Below, piece by piece: positions 1-14,370 of a stretch of 64,000 bases of DNA (position 1 is the stretch's first letter; every line of letters starts with the position of its first letter). This DNA comes from Octopus sinensis (taxonomy: Eukaryota), in the NCBI RefSeq assembly GCF_006345805.1, contig NC_042997.1:135470001-135534000 (forward strand). The letters run 5' to 3'. Position numbers and translations under genes: made by a program. The notes beneath the pieces were generated by a model. The model worked only from the letters and a program-made list of their open reading frames with translations. It had not been told where the DNA came from and made no database searches.

Positions 1-685
1 CAAAAAGAGGAAAGAGAGGAAGAATGGAGAGTGGCAGAGGGAAAAAGGAAGAAGAGAAAAAGTGTAATGTGGAACCCCAAACCTTGGCCACCCACCCATA
101 ACATCTGAGACTCCCCCTCCCCCTATAGACACCGAACCCACCCATTCCACTCCTAAACATGCTAAAAAAAAGAATCGCAGAAACAACAAAGCACAAACAA
201 TTGCCTTCCCCATAAAGTTAACTACGCTTGCATGATATCGGACAAGGACAATAAGGGGCTAATCGGGATGGTAAAGGGTTGAAAGACAGCAAGATTGGTG
301 TGTACAGATGGATATCAGAACATAATATGGTGGAATATGTGTACGCTATTTTCAGAAGGACAGATGGAGCAATTGAAGAAATATAAAAAAAAGGTTTGAA
401 ATTTTGGGAAATATATACAGTCATTAAAGATGTACCAGATAATATACAATATGAAAAACTACTAGCGAAATATGGTATCGACGTGATAAAGGGACTCACA
501 AGGAAGTAAGTGTTGCTGCTCGACGTGGGGCGAGCAGCACATTTCTATATTTTCATTTTCGTTATTCATTTCATATAAGCATATAATTTTATTTGAATTT
601 TATTTATTTTTTTTTTGTTTTATATGTCCCCACATGTGCTTGTATTGTCACCTCTTTGTTGGCCTCTTGTGGGCAATAAAGAAAC
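1..685 (+). mobile_element. 3' end of an unclassified retroposon-like repeat
   Basis: Purine-rich decayed reading frame (~235-508, internal stops), then a T-rich 3' region ending TGTATTGTCACCTCTTTGTTGGCCTCTTGTGGGCAATAAAGAAA, which resembles the 3' tail of the SINEs at 21342 and 58606. Confidence 0.4.
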
Positions 686-1951
686 AGGTCCGGAGTCGAG
701 TGAAGTTCATGTTAGTTCGCAGTGAAATCGGATGGTGTCAGTTGGTTATCTCACAAGGAATATTGATTCTTGGTTCGTAAAGAGATTTGTTAGTTCGTTA
801 CATTGCTTTTGCTGTTGTCTGGCTATCATATTTATTGTACGTAACAAATTACGTTATACCAGTGGCGATAGTCATAGTTCGGACGAATTGGAGAAATAAG
901 CAGATCATTTCTGACTGGCGTCTGCGTTCCCAAGGCTTGAGATTGCCAGTGAGTATACAGTGGCGAGCTGTGACAGGGTACTTCTTTAGGGTATTGAAGA
1001 TAAAAAATAACAAGGGTGTCACCAAACTGAAACCCGTTGCATTTACCCATACATTCCTTAGAGAATCGCCTTCTTTCTTCCATCAGCAGAAGTCATCGTA
1101 AATAAAATAGATGTAGAATTTATGATGATTTTCATATCGAGGCCACCATTGGTAAATTTTCAACCAAAATCTAAAGCACTCAAGTGGCGTGGAATTTCAA
1201 TATCGATGTGCAGAAATCCACATTATTGATCTGGATGAAGCTGCAGACTCCCTTATATTTAATACGTAACATGGACAAATCACAGAAATGCAATTTATAT
1301 TTCCATTTATGCTTTAAATTTCAAATAAAACACGTTTCTAAAAACAGCTGTCATGAAAGGAGATTCCAAACAGAATATTGAGAAGGACAGAAGTAAGGTA
1401 ATAGATGAAGGAGAAAAAGGAAAACAATCAATTATCGATTATGGCTGTTTCTGAACTATAAAAGAAATATATTTCGTGTTGCCTGGTTACGCAGTCATGC
1501 AGTCGTTAGTTGTTAGCGGGATTTTCAGCTGGTGAGTCCCAAAAGACATTGAAGTCTTTAAAAAGTTTACTATGGACTGACCTGGCCACTAGTGATTTAG
1601 TCCATAGCAACGCTCACTCAAGGCTGACTTGACTATAAAGATACAGTGTTTAGGAGTGTCGTAGATCAGAGAAAGAGAGTTAGAGAGTAAATTTACAAAA
1701 TATTGAATATGCAATTCTTTACATAGAGATCTGTACATTTTTAATTTCTGCTTACAAATATTTCTTCCAATAATATTTCTAACATCGGTACGAACTGCAC
1801 AGTTTCACACGAACACACACACACACGAGTATATGAGCGTGAAAATGTGTGTACGCGTGTGAGTGCGCATGTGTATGTATTTGTGTGTCTGTGTGTGAAT
1901 GTGGGTGTATAGATATTATAGACATATTGCCATAGATGGATAAAATATATT

Positions 1952-2735
1952 CGAGAGGGTACCCAAAAGAAACCGGAATGATTTTATTCACTTAGTTTTT
2001 ACATGTTTACACATTTTCTCACCTTCAAAGTATTCTCCATTTGAAGCAACGCATCGGTCCATTGTTCTAAGCAGGGCTGGATCTCTTGCGAAGTGATGTC
2101 TTTTAACACGTCTGTCGTTTTTTCTTCATCTCTTCCACATCTCCAAATTCCGTAGCACAGCTTTCGTAACCAGAGATGACCTTCAGAAAAAGGTCCGGAT
2201 CAACTTCCGACTGTTCTTTCAGTTCATAACACGCATTCAGTTGTGACTGCTTTTTTCTTCCGTGAATGATTTTGCTGCAACACTTTTCATTCACAATTCC
2301 TCTCTCAAATTTCGTTGGGAGGCGGTCCAGGACACACAAGCCATATCAACAAGTTCGTCAATTGTTCGGTGATGATCCTTCAAGATCAGTTCAAACTTTT
2401 TGTAATGTTTTCATTCGTTCGGGTGGTCAATGGTGTCCTTGAACGAGGTTGTTCTTCAGGCAACGAGTCACCATTCCTAAAATGGTAAAACCACTCGTAA
2501 ACTTGTGTTTTGCTCATGGCAGCGTCCTTATAAGCTGTTTGAAGCTTGACAGCTGTTTTGTTGGCCGCTTTCCTCAGCAGAAAACAGAATTTCAGGGAAG
2601 GATGCTATTCCTTCGTTTCAGCCATCGCAAAAATCGACAGACAGAGGAGAACCACTACAAAACAATGACGTACCACGTGGCAGTACGACTTCAGCAGACG
2701 ACGCCGGTCGGTAGACTGATGCCTGACATTGTTAT
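1952..2735 (-). mobile_element. Degenerate, internally deleted mariner transposon
   Basis: Minus-strand translation from ATG at 2625 gives MAETKE*HPSLKFCFLLRKAANKTAVKLQTAYKDAAMSKTQVYEWF..PRSRTP (mariner HTH region). ORF 2103-2339 has LFLKVISGYES (ITGDESW-like). Mariner-like terminus CGAGAGGGTACCCAAAAGAAACCGGAAT at 1952. Confidence 0.8.
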
Positions 2736-3373
2736 TTGAAATAACAGGAAAAATATTTTTATCATATAATCCAATATTTACTTGGTAGCTATGTTTAATT
2801 CATGGAGAAAAAATTACCATACAGATAAGTTAACATTTCTTTTTACTAACTTTTCTTTTTCCTACTTTTATTCCACATTTCTGTTCATTATTTACTAACG
2901 TAAAATTATTTCAAAAACTTCTAGTTATATAATTTTAGTTTGTCATGTCTTAATATATGGTATAAATAGCAAAAGTTCATATAAGATAGACCTGAATATT
3001 GCCAACTTAATCGTTTTAATATGGTATTGTATAGAGACATTCTATTTCAGCAATATCGAGGAATATGTTGTCATCAGACGCGCGTAGTCTAAATAATGTT
3101 GCGTATAAGATTTGTAATAAGAATTGAAGGTATTAATTTTGATAATTTAGAATAAGAATTGTAGATATTAATTTTGATAAATTTAATATTTAGTCCTATA
3201 TGTACATATTGTGGATAATGTCATTCAATGATGATTGAGTTGCTTGAGGGTGATTCTGTCTCTTAAACCTATCTCTATATATATGTATATAATACAGTGA
3301 GTAATTCATTTTAGTACCACTAAATTAAACTTCTCTCCCCTGTGGACTCGGAAATAACTTCCCTAATATTAAT

Positions 3374-3378
<5 letters not shown>

Positions 3379-3445
<67 letters not shown>

Positions 3446-3520
3446 TACATACATATACATACATACACACATATACATACATACACACATATACATACAT
3501 ACACACATATACATACGTAC
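3379..3520. repeat. Compound microsatellite (AT)n-(AG)n-(ACAT/AC)n
   Basis: Directly visible. Confidence 0.95.
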
Positions 3521-3934
3521 ATTCTCATATTTAGTTTGTATATAAACACACTCCCTTCTGGTATTTTTCTCAAATAAAACGGTCATAGATTAGAAAGAAA
3601 GGATGGAAGGAGCATAAGCGCAATATTATTAGCGGAATTATGGTAACTTGGTACCATAGAAATGACGATATCTGAAGTCAGAAGGTTGAATTATAAGGCT
3701 ATAGAAGTGTTTAAGTACGTATATTCTGGCCGATAATTTATTTGAACTTAGTATGATGCATTTCCAAATATCCGAGAGGCTTTATCTGCATAAATGGACT
3801 GCAACAGTTGGAGATTCAAATAAAACTGTCATGGTTAGAAATTATGAAGTAAATCTTCTATATATGGTTATTAGAAATTAGAATATATTTAGTGCTAAGC
3901 TTAGGGTCGTGGGTATCGATTAGTCATCTCACTT

Positions 3935-4213
3935 AAAACAAATCGACCTCAGTACTTATTTTTTAATGCAAGCACTTATTGTATCGGTCTCTTTTTCAGA
4001 ACAGCTGAGTTATGGAGGCGTAAACAAACCAACACTGGTTTTCAAGTGACTGTGTGCAACAAACATAAACACAAACACACAAACACAAATGCGCGCGCAC
4101 ATTGACATATACATGCGGGTTTCTTTCCATTTCCGTCACAAGGCTTTGGTCGACCAGGGTCCTACAAAGTAAGACTGAACCTGGAATCGTGTGGTTGGAA
4201 GGCAAACTTCTTA
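3935..4213 (-). mobile_element. Decayed tRNA-derived SINE (family of the 39666-40058 copy)
   Basis: Shares CAAATCGACC..AGTACTTATT, CACAAGGCTTTGGTCG and GACTGAACC.GGAA..GTGTGGTTGG blocks with the 39.7-40.1 kb copy. Confidence 0.75.
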
Positions 4214-4975
4214 TTTCCATTTTCCTGTAACTATTAAAACCATACATGCCTTTGGTTTTATAATTAATGGCCAATATAATTTACATCAACACATAGAGAT
4301 AAAGACAATTTCCTGTTTGGGAATCGATCATGTTACCTTCAAATATTGATTTTCGCCTATAAATTGTTGTTCATATTGTTTCTACCCGTCAAATTCCAAC
4401 AGAGAAACTGTCACAGGCATTTAAACAGACTTATAAACCCGTGTGCAAGCAAACACTGAAGAAATGTAACTTCTTGAATGTTCTGAGTACCGTACTTCAA
4501 GTGTGGACGCCTTGTTTCTCCGAACAGGCACATGATACATATATCTTCTTCATATACTTGGCTTCTCAAAATCTTCCTTTTTACTATAGCACTGACACGT
4601 AAAGACATATATTTATACACATCGACACCGCACATGCACACAGTGACGCACAGAGGCACACACAATCACACATGTAAGTATAGTTAAGTAAATTGATTAT
4701 CATATGTTGGTTCTGTTGCTATCTTTGTTGTTTAGTTTCAGATTAATTCTGATTGAAGTTACGTATAATCAGATATGTTTTACCTACGATATCTCCGTTT
4801 ATTTATGACTACATTATCCATCATGGCTTTCCTTTTTTAAAGACTGCAGGAAGGATGTGAGGAATCCTTCAAAGGTATTTCCTGTGACGTACACAAAAAC
4901 AACTAGCATATTTATGTTTAAAATCGCATGACGAATAAATATGCAAATCAACGTTTACATATGTCTGTGAATGTA

Positions 4976-4997
4976 TTTGTGTGTGTGTGTAGTTGTG

Positions 4998-5028
<31 letters not shown>

Positions 5029-5036
5029 TGTGTGTG
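4976..5036. repeat. (GT)n microsatellite
   Basis: Directly visible. Confidence 0.95.
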
Positions 5037-5412
5037 ATATGGATAATATTGAGCTACTTCGAACTCAAAATTTGGATTTTTATTTGTGCTGTACTGTTGC
5101 GCTTTAGCATATAGCGTTTATGCTATCTATATGCACCTCAGGCCAGCGATTTGAATTTGTCTCGACGCCCATTCGAGTATACTGCATTAAGGAAATTCTG
5201 ATGTCTGTCGGTTTTGTTCCCCTTTTAGCCCATTCGCTTAGCCAAAATTTGAAATATACTGCTTTTTTTGCTTTTTTCTTTCACTCTACCTCGGTCTTTT
5301 CCTGACCAAAATACCACAGTAAAAATGCCTTTAATAACATATATTCACGAAGTAAGTGACATCGATAACGCACACATGTGCACTTCTACACACACATACA
5401 CACACATGTATG

Positions 5413-5530
<118 letters not shown>

Positions 5531-8500
5531 AATCTGTGGTAAATGCATTATATGAGCTGCTGCAAAATTAGTTTGAATTTGAAACCATATTTTTACAAAA
5601 AAAGTTCCTTAGTCACAACTTTTCTCAGCGAGTTATTCATGTGACCGTGTATATGTATGTGAACGTATGTGCGCATGTATACTTGTTTCAGTACATACAA
5701 TTCTTTGTGTGTTGTGTTTGTATATGTCTATGTATTTACAGGTGTGATGACTTGCGTCGGAAATTGAGAAAATCTTTACAATTCCTAATTGTACTATCTT
5801 CTTTTCAAATATTGATCATATAAAGACAGGTCACTACAAATATTTTATTCTTGACATCACACTTAACAGTATTACATTCGCATGTGCCTCCTTCCTGGTA
5901 AATAAATTCTATGAACCCTCTCCAAATTTTTCCTACTTGAAAGCTTCCTTTCATATGTAGAAAAAAAAATCTGTCAGAATATAAACGATTTATTGCAAAT
6001 GAGATGTTTCAACTACCTCACTCAATCAATGCCAAAATATATAATGTAGAAGACTTAGAAATAGACGCTCTGTGTGTCTGATACCACCGAGTATGTTATA
6101 TCGTACAATTCACCTCCGTGTACATTATACGTACAGCGACGATGTTTTTCTTTAAATTTCAATTCTGATTTCAGTTTTCTGGAACTGTCTGCAGTTTCGA
6201 ATCTCAGTATTATTTCAAGTTAACTAACTTCACTAAATTGATATTTACAGATTCAAGAAACATAGACAAGTCTAACTACACGCTGTTCTAATGTAATTAC
6301 AGTGTTTTAAGAGAAATTCCATTTAAGACAACAAGTAACAGAACATTAAATTTCTTCACCTCGAAAGTTAATAGAACAATCACGCGTTGAGAATATTTCT
6401 TAATGTTTCACCACCAGAACATATTTTTAGCTTTGCTCTTAAACAACTTCGGTGATATAATTATCACGAAGAATTGTAGTTTCTATCTACTTAGAAATCA
6501 TGTGAATCAAGTAGTTCCGAGATTCGACTGCTATAACTACACAACATTCCAAGACGTATATTTTCAAAATTGGTTTCGAGTGAGGTTAGTTACACATTCT
6601 TATCGTTAATAACTTATTCATTCGCACGTGCTATACCATGATAAATAAATTTGTTAATATTATTGTTATTTTTCGGACCCTCATAGATTTAACATACTTC
6701 AGAATAGAATATGTTCCAGCTGTTGTCATTTTGTATATCCAGCACAGTATTGTCCAACACAGCTGCCTTTTTGGCAGGCTATAGTGATGATTTGTGGTGA
6801 TTTGAAGGAAATTTGACAGCATCTTCTCTTCTAGCACATGGAACTCCTATTTGCAGCTGAAGAAATTATCTTACTGGTTAACGGATGACTCGCTAGCCGA
6901 TTTAGGTAAAGTAATTTTTAATCAGTTGATAATGAAAAGTTGTGTGTTATCACGTATAAACATGGAAATAAATCAATAAAAGATTTCCTGAAATATTTTT
7001 ACTGAAATATAATCAATAAAATATGAGGGAAATCGTGATGATCTCAATTATAACAGCTGTAAATGTTAGGTATTTTAGTGTTCTGCGAGAACAAAGGAGG
7101 AATGACAGAATTAGAATGGATAAATATGTTTTATATCTAAGATGAATATCAAACACAAATAATATAGATTTAAATGAACATCTAAGAAAAAGAATACGTA
7201 ACCAATCACCATTATGCCTTCTTACTTTCTTCAGTGTGATAGATCAGCGTAAGAGAATGTCACGGTATACTTTGTTAATCAAAACGATCACATAAGTTAG
7301 CCGAGGCAAGTCATCTTGTAAACTTCTATAGGGTTTCGTTTCGAATTTTAACTATTTTCGTTCTTTTGAATTTATATTTATACAACTTCACATTTCTCTT
7401 CCTTTTTATTACCCTGATGCCTCGTTAAAGTAAATAAATTGTTTACATATTTCAAAAACAAACATGATAAATAAAATTAGACACAAGCTTAATTTTCTTT
7501 CTTCCAAAACAATATTTGGAATTGAAATATTAGTATAAGAAATTGTATAAAGTATAATTTTCAAAATTGATTCATGTACATTAATTGAAACCGGCTCGCA
7601 GATTCAATTTCGCGGAGCTTCACGCAGCTACTGCAACCGATATTAACATTAATGCTGAAGAATAAAATTTCCTATTTGTTCAAAAAGTATGCTTCTTCTT
7701 CTTCTTAAGCCTAGTGAGACAGAAGCGATAAAAGATAAAGGCACAAGTATCGAATAACCAAAAGTTATAGGAACATATACACCAGGCTCTTTATGGTCTC
7801 AGCCAATTTTACTAGTTTCGAATTTTTCATTCACTTTCTTACTTAGTCATGTGATTAATGTATTGAAGAGATGTTTACAGTGTTCTTGGTTAATTTTAAT
7901 CTATTACAGGAAATAACTATATTGATTCAAGAAAAATGTATATAAAGACCACATAACGAGAACAGAATTTAAAACATTTTGGAGCGGAAATTCAATAGTG
8001 AAATACATTTAACGAATTTTAGGTATTTTAGATATCCACCCCTGGTTACTTAATTTCTATATCGTTTCAATCTCTATAGTTCAGTCTAGACTTATAACTA
8101 AGAATCAACATTCCCAACAATAGCATGTGACGAAGATATACAAAACAGCAGCATAATACTTAAATCTTATGAAAATTTCCTTTTAAACACTAGAGAAATG
8201 TTTTGCGATTTTATTAATTGTTATTCTAAACTGAAAGTCTATATTTAGTTCATAAAAAAAGGATCTGAAAACCGGCTTTGTACTGGTTCTTGTGCACTTT
8301 AGTTAACTGTGAAACTACATGAGAATACGGATGGTTGGAAGTGTCTGATAACCTCCGCTTCGAACTTCACATCTTCAGGATGAGAAGGCTGCAGGTTATC
8401 AACAAGCTTATATCAGAGCATTTAATTGAACTACAGACTCGCAACAATCTATAACTTCAGCTAATGTTACAGTTTATGAAATTAGCTATAACAGTAGTTG

Positions 8501-10330
8501 ATATGAGATCATCTGTCACTGGCACCCTGCAACCTATCTGTATTGCACTTTCTAAATCTAACAACAAAACATAAAATCAACGAATACGTCTCTGAATACG
8601 TATAACTAAGAAACAGCATTCCCAACAATGGTATGTGACGAAGATATACATGACAGCAGCAAACTTCAAATGTTTGCATTCCTTAGAAACTGTCCAAACT
8701 CCTCCATGAATGCGGAGTTAAGTATACATAGAACCGTCATATCATGCTACTGGAGGACTTTAAATAGCATAAGAAGATTATTTTAATTCTGATATTATCT
8801 GAAGTCAGAATTGAACGGTAGACTTCTATGAAACCAAGACCAGAAATATCGAATTCCAAATAAACAGATGCGAACCCATGTCATAGGAATATCTGATTCT
8901 CATTTTCCTCACTGAATCATTTATAGCCTACAGCAATAAAATACCTGACTACAGTGCAAAGAAGCTGCTGAAAGACTACCTAATGTCCACATTCAAAAGG
9001 AGCAATGCTAGTCTTTAAAAGAGGAATAACATATTGTGAACTGCTAGCTTTCGTATTTTCAGTGCAGGAATAAAAAAAACGAAAACCTGTGAAAAGATAC
9101 ATTGAGAATATGTGCATTGCCGTAACTGAACTCTTCTATTTAAACAGGTGCATGTCCTATTTGCGTTTAATACAGCACATCAAGCATAAGCGGTCAAATT
9201 TAAATATAGTCATCATCGATTAGTAATAAGCAACTCGAATTTAACAGAGTTTGAACGAGTGGAGTGTTTGTGAATATGTACGGATAGGAATGTATGCGTC
9301 GGAGAAAGAGTGAAGGTAAGATGAGAAAAACAGAGAGAAATAAGATAATCAATTTACCATTCTAAGTTTTTCTAAAGAAATTATTTAAATGATTTTTTTT
9401 TTGGAATGTAACATTACATTAACATTAGACTGACTTTATTAATTTTAAATGTTAACAAAGAAATAATAATTGAGAAAATATACGAAACAAAAGTGAAACT
9501 AGTTTTAATTGCATTTCTTTTTCATTCTCCTTTGTGTAAATTCAGAATACAAAGCGAATTTTTTTTTTAAAAAGTACATTTTATTGATCTTTCGCTGGAA
9601 GTTATAATGAATCACTCGTTAGAAATAATGCCGTCAACACCTGTATGATGAAGACCAGATATCGTATTTCGTATCGTAAATCTTTTTGTCTTGTCTGTAC
9701 TATTGCTGGTTTAAATACCACGCTGTCTACTGGAATGTTGTAGTTTGACGGGGCTTATATTTATAACCTTAGTAAAATGACTCACTGGTAGCTGTCTTGT
9801 ATAGATGCAGGGAGAGCAGTAATGTATATTTGATTTTTCAAGTTTCGAATTACCAACAGCTGATAAGTTTGTCTGGCACTGTTTGAAATCAATCTTCTCT
9901 GACAGTTTAATGCACAAAGTTCTTTGGAAAACACAAGAAAAACATACATTTGCTGCAAAACTGTAATCAACGGAGAAACTTAGTGCTAGATAACCTGATC
10001 AAAGTAATGAATACTGTGCTGTTTGTCAAACAGCAGGGAAGTACAAGAGACAACCAAAGCCTGGCAAGACTCACCGTCTCAAGTAAGTTTTGATACATGT
10101 AATAAATAATTAAAAAATATGTCGTCAGGCTACTCGAATAAATTTAAACCAGAGCTAGATTTGAAGCAAGATATCTCATATAGAAACAGCTATAACAGAT
10201 CTACATAATGAAGTTCACAAGAGCTCTGCGTAGAGTGCGCTGGGACAATAAGATGTATACACCTAAGCAATGACTCAAATACTCTCGAACAATAAATTGA
10301 ATAAACTCCAATAATTAATTGAATATGCTA

Positions 10331-10975
10331 TCCGGTCATCCGATAAGTTCTGTCCGGTTTTACGTTTTTAAAAACTGAATGAAATTTAATAGTATTTTAG
10401 AAGGTCTAATGGAATTAAAAATTATTTTTATGCATTTGTGTACATTTAAACTATTTTACAGAAGAACAGAATTAAAATTTCTTTGATTAAAACCCTTTCT
10501 AACATGGAAGTATCCAAAGAGCATTTGAGTACTAAAAAGGAATCTCTGCAGCCGAAGCGACTCGAAACATACACTCAGTTTATAGGAAAGAATGCTTGAA
10601 TGGAAGAATTTGTAAAAAATGGTTTAGAAAGTTCAGAAGTGGAGATTTCAGCCTTGAAGATGAAGATCGAACAGAACGTCCAGTTGGGTTTGATGATAAG
10701 CTGCTTGAGGCATCACTTGAAGAAGATCTTGCATTATCAGTTGAAGAATTGGCAATAAGTCTTAGTTCAAACCATACAACTGTTTAACGTCATCTTCAAT
10801 ACATTGGAAAATGGGTGCCCCATGAATTGTCCGAAAGCAACCGCAAATCCCGAGTTGACATCTGCTCTTCTCTCCATTCTCCCGAACTCATTTCACCCTT
10901 TTTGGATAGACTTGTGATTGGTGACGAAAAATGGATCTATCGAAATGTTAAACAGTGGCTTCGTAAAAGGGAAAT
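10331..10975 (+). mobile_element. Truncated mariner transposon (5' half)
   Basis: ORFs 10596-10787 (KWFRKFRSGDFSLEDEDR) and 10815- (KWVPHELS...FLDRLVIGDEKWIY) carry the WVPHEL motif and the first catalytic D. TA-preceded terminus at 10331. Confidence 0.88.
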
Positions 10976-12362
10976 AGTTTCAAATAAGGTCATTGAAATA
11001 GTAAGATACTCGAGTAAACGAACTTTCGTCAAATGTTTTGCCCATTCCACTACTGAAAACCTCAAGGAAAACTATCCTCAGGACCCATACGTCACTAATT
11101 ATATGAACCTTGTATAAACGTTCATTATCATAACTTGCTGGCTGAAAAATCTCTCAAATAGAAGTTGTAGCTGCAGGTCATACTGTAGCTCGTAGGCCAT
11201 GATATTCAAAATTCTTGCCAGCCATGGACCGTACAGTATTTTCAATAGAGATCAATTCTAGGTTTGAGCGGGTCAGAGGTAAATTTTAGGTGTGCCCTTT
11301 AACCTTGTTGTACATAGTATTCTAGTCTTATAAGTGATTGCACTTTTCAAAATGATTGAACAATAATTTCTAACGTTGCTACGAGTTAATCCAAATTATA
11401 AGTCGAGTATATTTAGTTGTAATCGACATCACCATGAAACTTAAAATTAATTTATCAATATTTATTGCATTCTTGAAATTGAAAAATGCTATTTATAGAT
11501 TCTAAAGAGAATTTGAAATAGACACGAAAAATACAGGTCATGTTTCATAATGCTCCGAAGCGTAGATTTATGTCTATATAGCATAGTAAAAGTCAGGCTG
11601 TTATCAGATACACATTGTATGGTGTGATGTGCATAAATTCATTTTCAGATTGTGGTTTATTTTAATTACATGTCAAAGAAGAATCGGTTTCGAAATTTCC
11701 TTGGATATTTGAAACAAATAAAAACGCAACAGGTATACAGTCCTCCATACATAAATACACATTATGATATTTTATTTGTTTGTATGATATCGCATTGACG
11801 ATACCGAATTTCTAGCAGACTAATCACTGGTTTGCAGCATTTATGACAGTGAATGTGACAAATGAGTATAACAAAAACCTGCTGATATCTATATCTTTCA
11901 CCAATATACATCGGCGTAAGATACAAATGAATAAATGCTTGTGTGAGCGTGAGTGTTTTAAACTTTTATATGGACTGCTAGAGTCAAACTTCACATCTAC
12001 TGTCTATCATATTACCGTGCTAAGCAGTAAACGAAGGCAACATAAAACCTTCACCTATTTAAATTACAGAACCTGAACCTTCCAAGCTGTATTCGACAAT
12101 TAAATGACCTGTCAACGGGCAACACAGTCCACACTATAATAAACTCTATTATTATATATGTATGTGTGTGTACGCGTGCGTGTCTCTGTGTGTCACATGT
12201 ACATATAACGTGTTCAGGTTATATTTAAAGGTGTTTCATGTTTAACTTTTTTAGGAACAGCTCTGTGTTTGGAGGACAGTCAACAGCGTTGGAGAGCATG
12301 AAGATTAAAATTGTTGTTGAGAAAAGGCTAGGTAACATGAAGGGCTGGAAGCCATATGAATA

Positions 12363-12470
12363 TTATTTTCTACTCTAGCCACAAGGCCCCAAATTTGGGG
12401 GAGGGGCCAGTCGATTAGATCGATCCCAGCACGCAACTGGTACTTAATTTATCGATCCCAAAAGGCTGAT
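12363..12470 (-). mobile_element. Partial SINE (3' half of the GGCGGCGAGCTGGCAGAA family, tail type 2)
   Basis: Reverse complement matches 22860-22970 (GATAAATTAAGTACC..GATCTAATCGACTG.CCCCTC..CCAAA). Confidence 0.75.
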
Positions 12471-12705
12471 TGCCAAGATCAAAGAGGTATTCGAAGATTC
12501 TCTAAGGGACGCAGAAATGAGCGCAAGCGCCAGGTTGCGGAGCTGCTTTGAGGACGTTGTAGCAGCAGAGGGTCAGCTAGTTTGAGTAAACTATTATCTC
12601 TGAGCCATAAACTTGTTGATATATTTTGATTTTTCAAATACTTTTATTTTTGCATGAGATAATGTTTTCATTTCTTTTTATGTAAAATGTTAATTTTAGC
12701 CCAAG
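12468..12705 (+). mobile_element. 3' fragment of a Tc1/maT-like transposon
   Basis: Translates LIAKIKEVFEDSLRDAEMSASARLRSCFEDVVAAEG, similar to the C-terminus of the 47.5 kb element (RFRSRLEAVVETNG). Confidence 0.55.
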
Positions 12706-12769
12706 TACCATGTAGTGATATCATTATTACGTACATATATACATGCATAACCACCCTACATATACACAG

Positions 12770-12828
12770 ATATACATACACACACATATATATATATATA
12801 TAATATATATATATAATATATATATATT

Positions 12829-12892
<64 letters not shown>

Positions 12893-12895
12893 CAT

Positions 12896-12939
<44 letters not shown>

Positions 12940-13134
12940 TATATATATATATAATATATATATTTATATATATATATTATATTATATATATTTTATATAT
13001 ATATATGTATTATATATATATATATTTTATATAATATATATATATTATATATATTATATATTACATATATATATATTTTATATATATATATATATATTAC
13101 ATATATATATATTTTATATATATATATATATATT

Positions 13135-13166
<32 letters not shown>

Positions 13167-13318
13167 TACATATATATATATATCATATATATATATATAT
13201 ATATTTTACATATATATATATTTTATATATATATATATATTTTATATATATATTATATATATATATTTTACATATATATATATTTTATATATATATATAT
13301 ATATGTACACATATATAT
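12770..13318. repeat. Long imperfect (AT)n tract
   Basis: Directly visible. Confidence 0.97.
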
Positions 13319-13637
13319 TTCGTAGAGGAAAGACGTGTTTGCTTTTGCTCTGTGAAAAAACAGAAAGGTTTGCATAAATCGACGAAATATTCTACTAAAA
13401 GTAACAAAAAGTAGAATTTGTTAACTCATAAAGTCTACTAAAATACTTTAATTGAAAATATATTATTTATAAACGTAATATATTTCTCTTGAAGCCATAT
13501 ATAATACAGTAAAGTTGTTTACGCATGTTAGAATATTCGCCGAAAAGCAAATTGTGACAAATCTTTTCGTGAAAGAAAATTTCTTCGTACAAGCACGTGG
13601 GTTTGGACTGTACCTTTCAAGATAAGTATCGCATGCA

Positions 13638-13846
13638 ATTGTCTGTTTATTAATTTTCTAGCTAACATCTCAGATACGATTGTTTGTTTAGTAATTTTTT
13701 AGGCTAACATCTCCAATACGATTGTTTGTTTATTAATTTTGTAGGCTAACATATCGGTTACGATTGTTTGTTTATTAATTTTTTAAGCTGACATCTCAGT
13801 TACGATTGTTTGTATATTAAATTTTTAAGCTAACATTTCAGTTACA
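13638..13846. repeat. ~42-bp minisatellite, ~5 copies
   Basis: Unit ATTGTTTGTTTATTAATTTTTTAGGCTAACATCTCAGTTACG repeated with variants. Confidence 0.9.
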
Positions 13847-13849
13847 TAT

Positions 13850-14370
13850 CTTACTCTTTTTCTCATCTCCCCTGCTCCCTTTCATATCCTCCTCTTCTCT
13901 CATTTCTCTTTCCTTTCCATCTTACATCTACCTCTCCTCTCGACACCTCACCCTCTCTCTCTTATATACTTCTCATCCGCCCATTCTTCTCACTCTGTCT
14001 CTCCCTCTCTCTCACATCCTTCATCTTGTCTCTCCTTCACTCTGTCTCTCTTTCTCTTGCTATCCTCTCCTCCCCTCTGTTTCTCTTTCTCTTCCCCTCC
14101 TCTCCTTCACTCTGCCTCTCTTTCTCTTCCCCTCTTCTCCTTCACTCTGTCTCTCCTTCTATTCCCTTCCTCTCCCCCTCCCCTACCTTCCTCTATCTTT
14201 TTAACACACCACACCCCCTTGCTTTCCTCCTATCACGCTCTCGATTTCTTTAATAGCACCTCTCTCTTTCCTTCCTATCTCCCTCTCTCTTTCCCTATTT
14301 CCCCCCTCTGTGTTTCTCCGTCTCTATCTCTTTCTATCCCTAATTACCCTTCTAGCCTCGACTCCCCCTC
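13850..14370 (+). repeat. Polypyrimidine (CT-rich) low-complexity tract immediately 5' of the LINE ORF1
   Basis: Directly visible. May be the LINE 5' UTR (inference). Confidence 0.8.

Noticed and set aside
787-1101. Overlapping ORFs on both strands
   Set aside because: No recognisable motif; non-ATG or short; cannot be supported as coding
3030-3085. Minus-strand CTGATGA...GAAA hammerhead-like string
   Set aside because: Stem I and stem III do not close and there is no UH in register
13638-13846. Regularly spaced short repeats resembling a CRISPR array
   Set aside because: Head-to-tail units with no unique spacers, eukaryotic context, no cas genes
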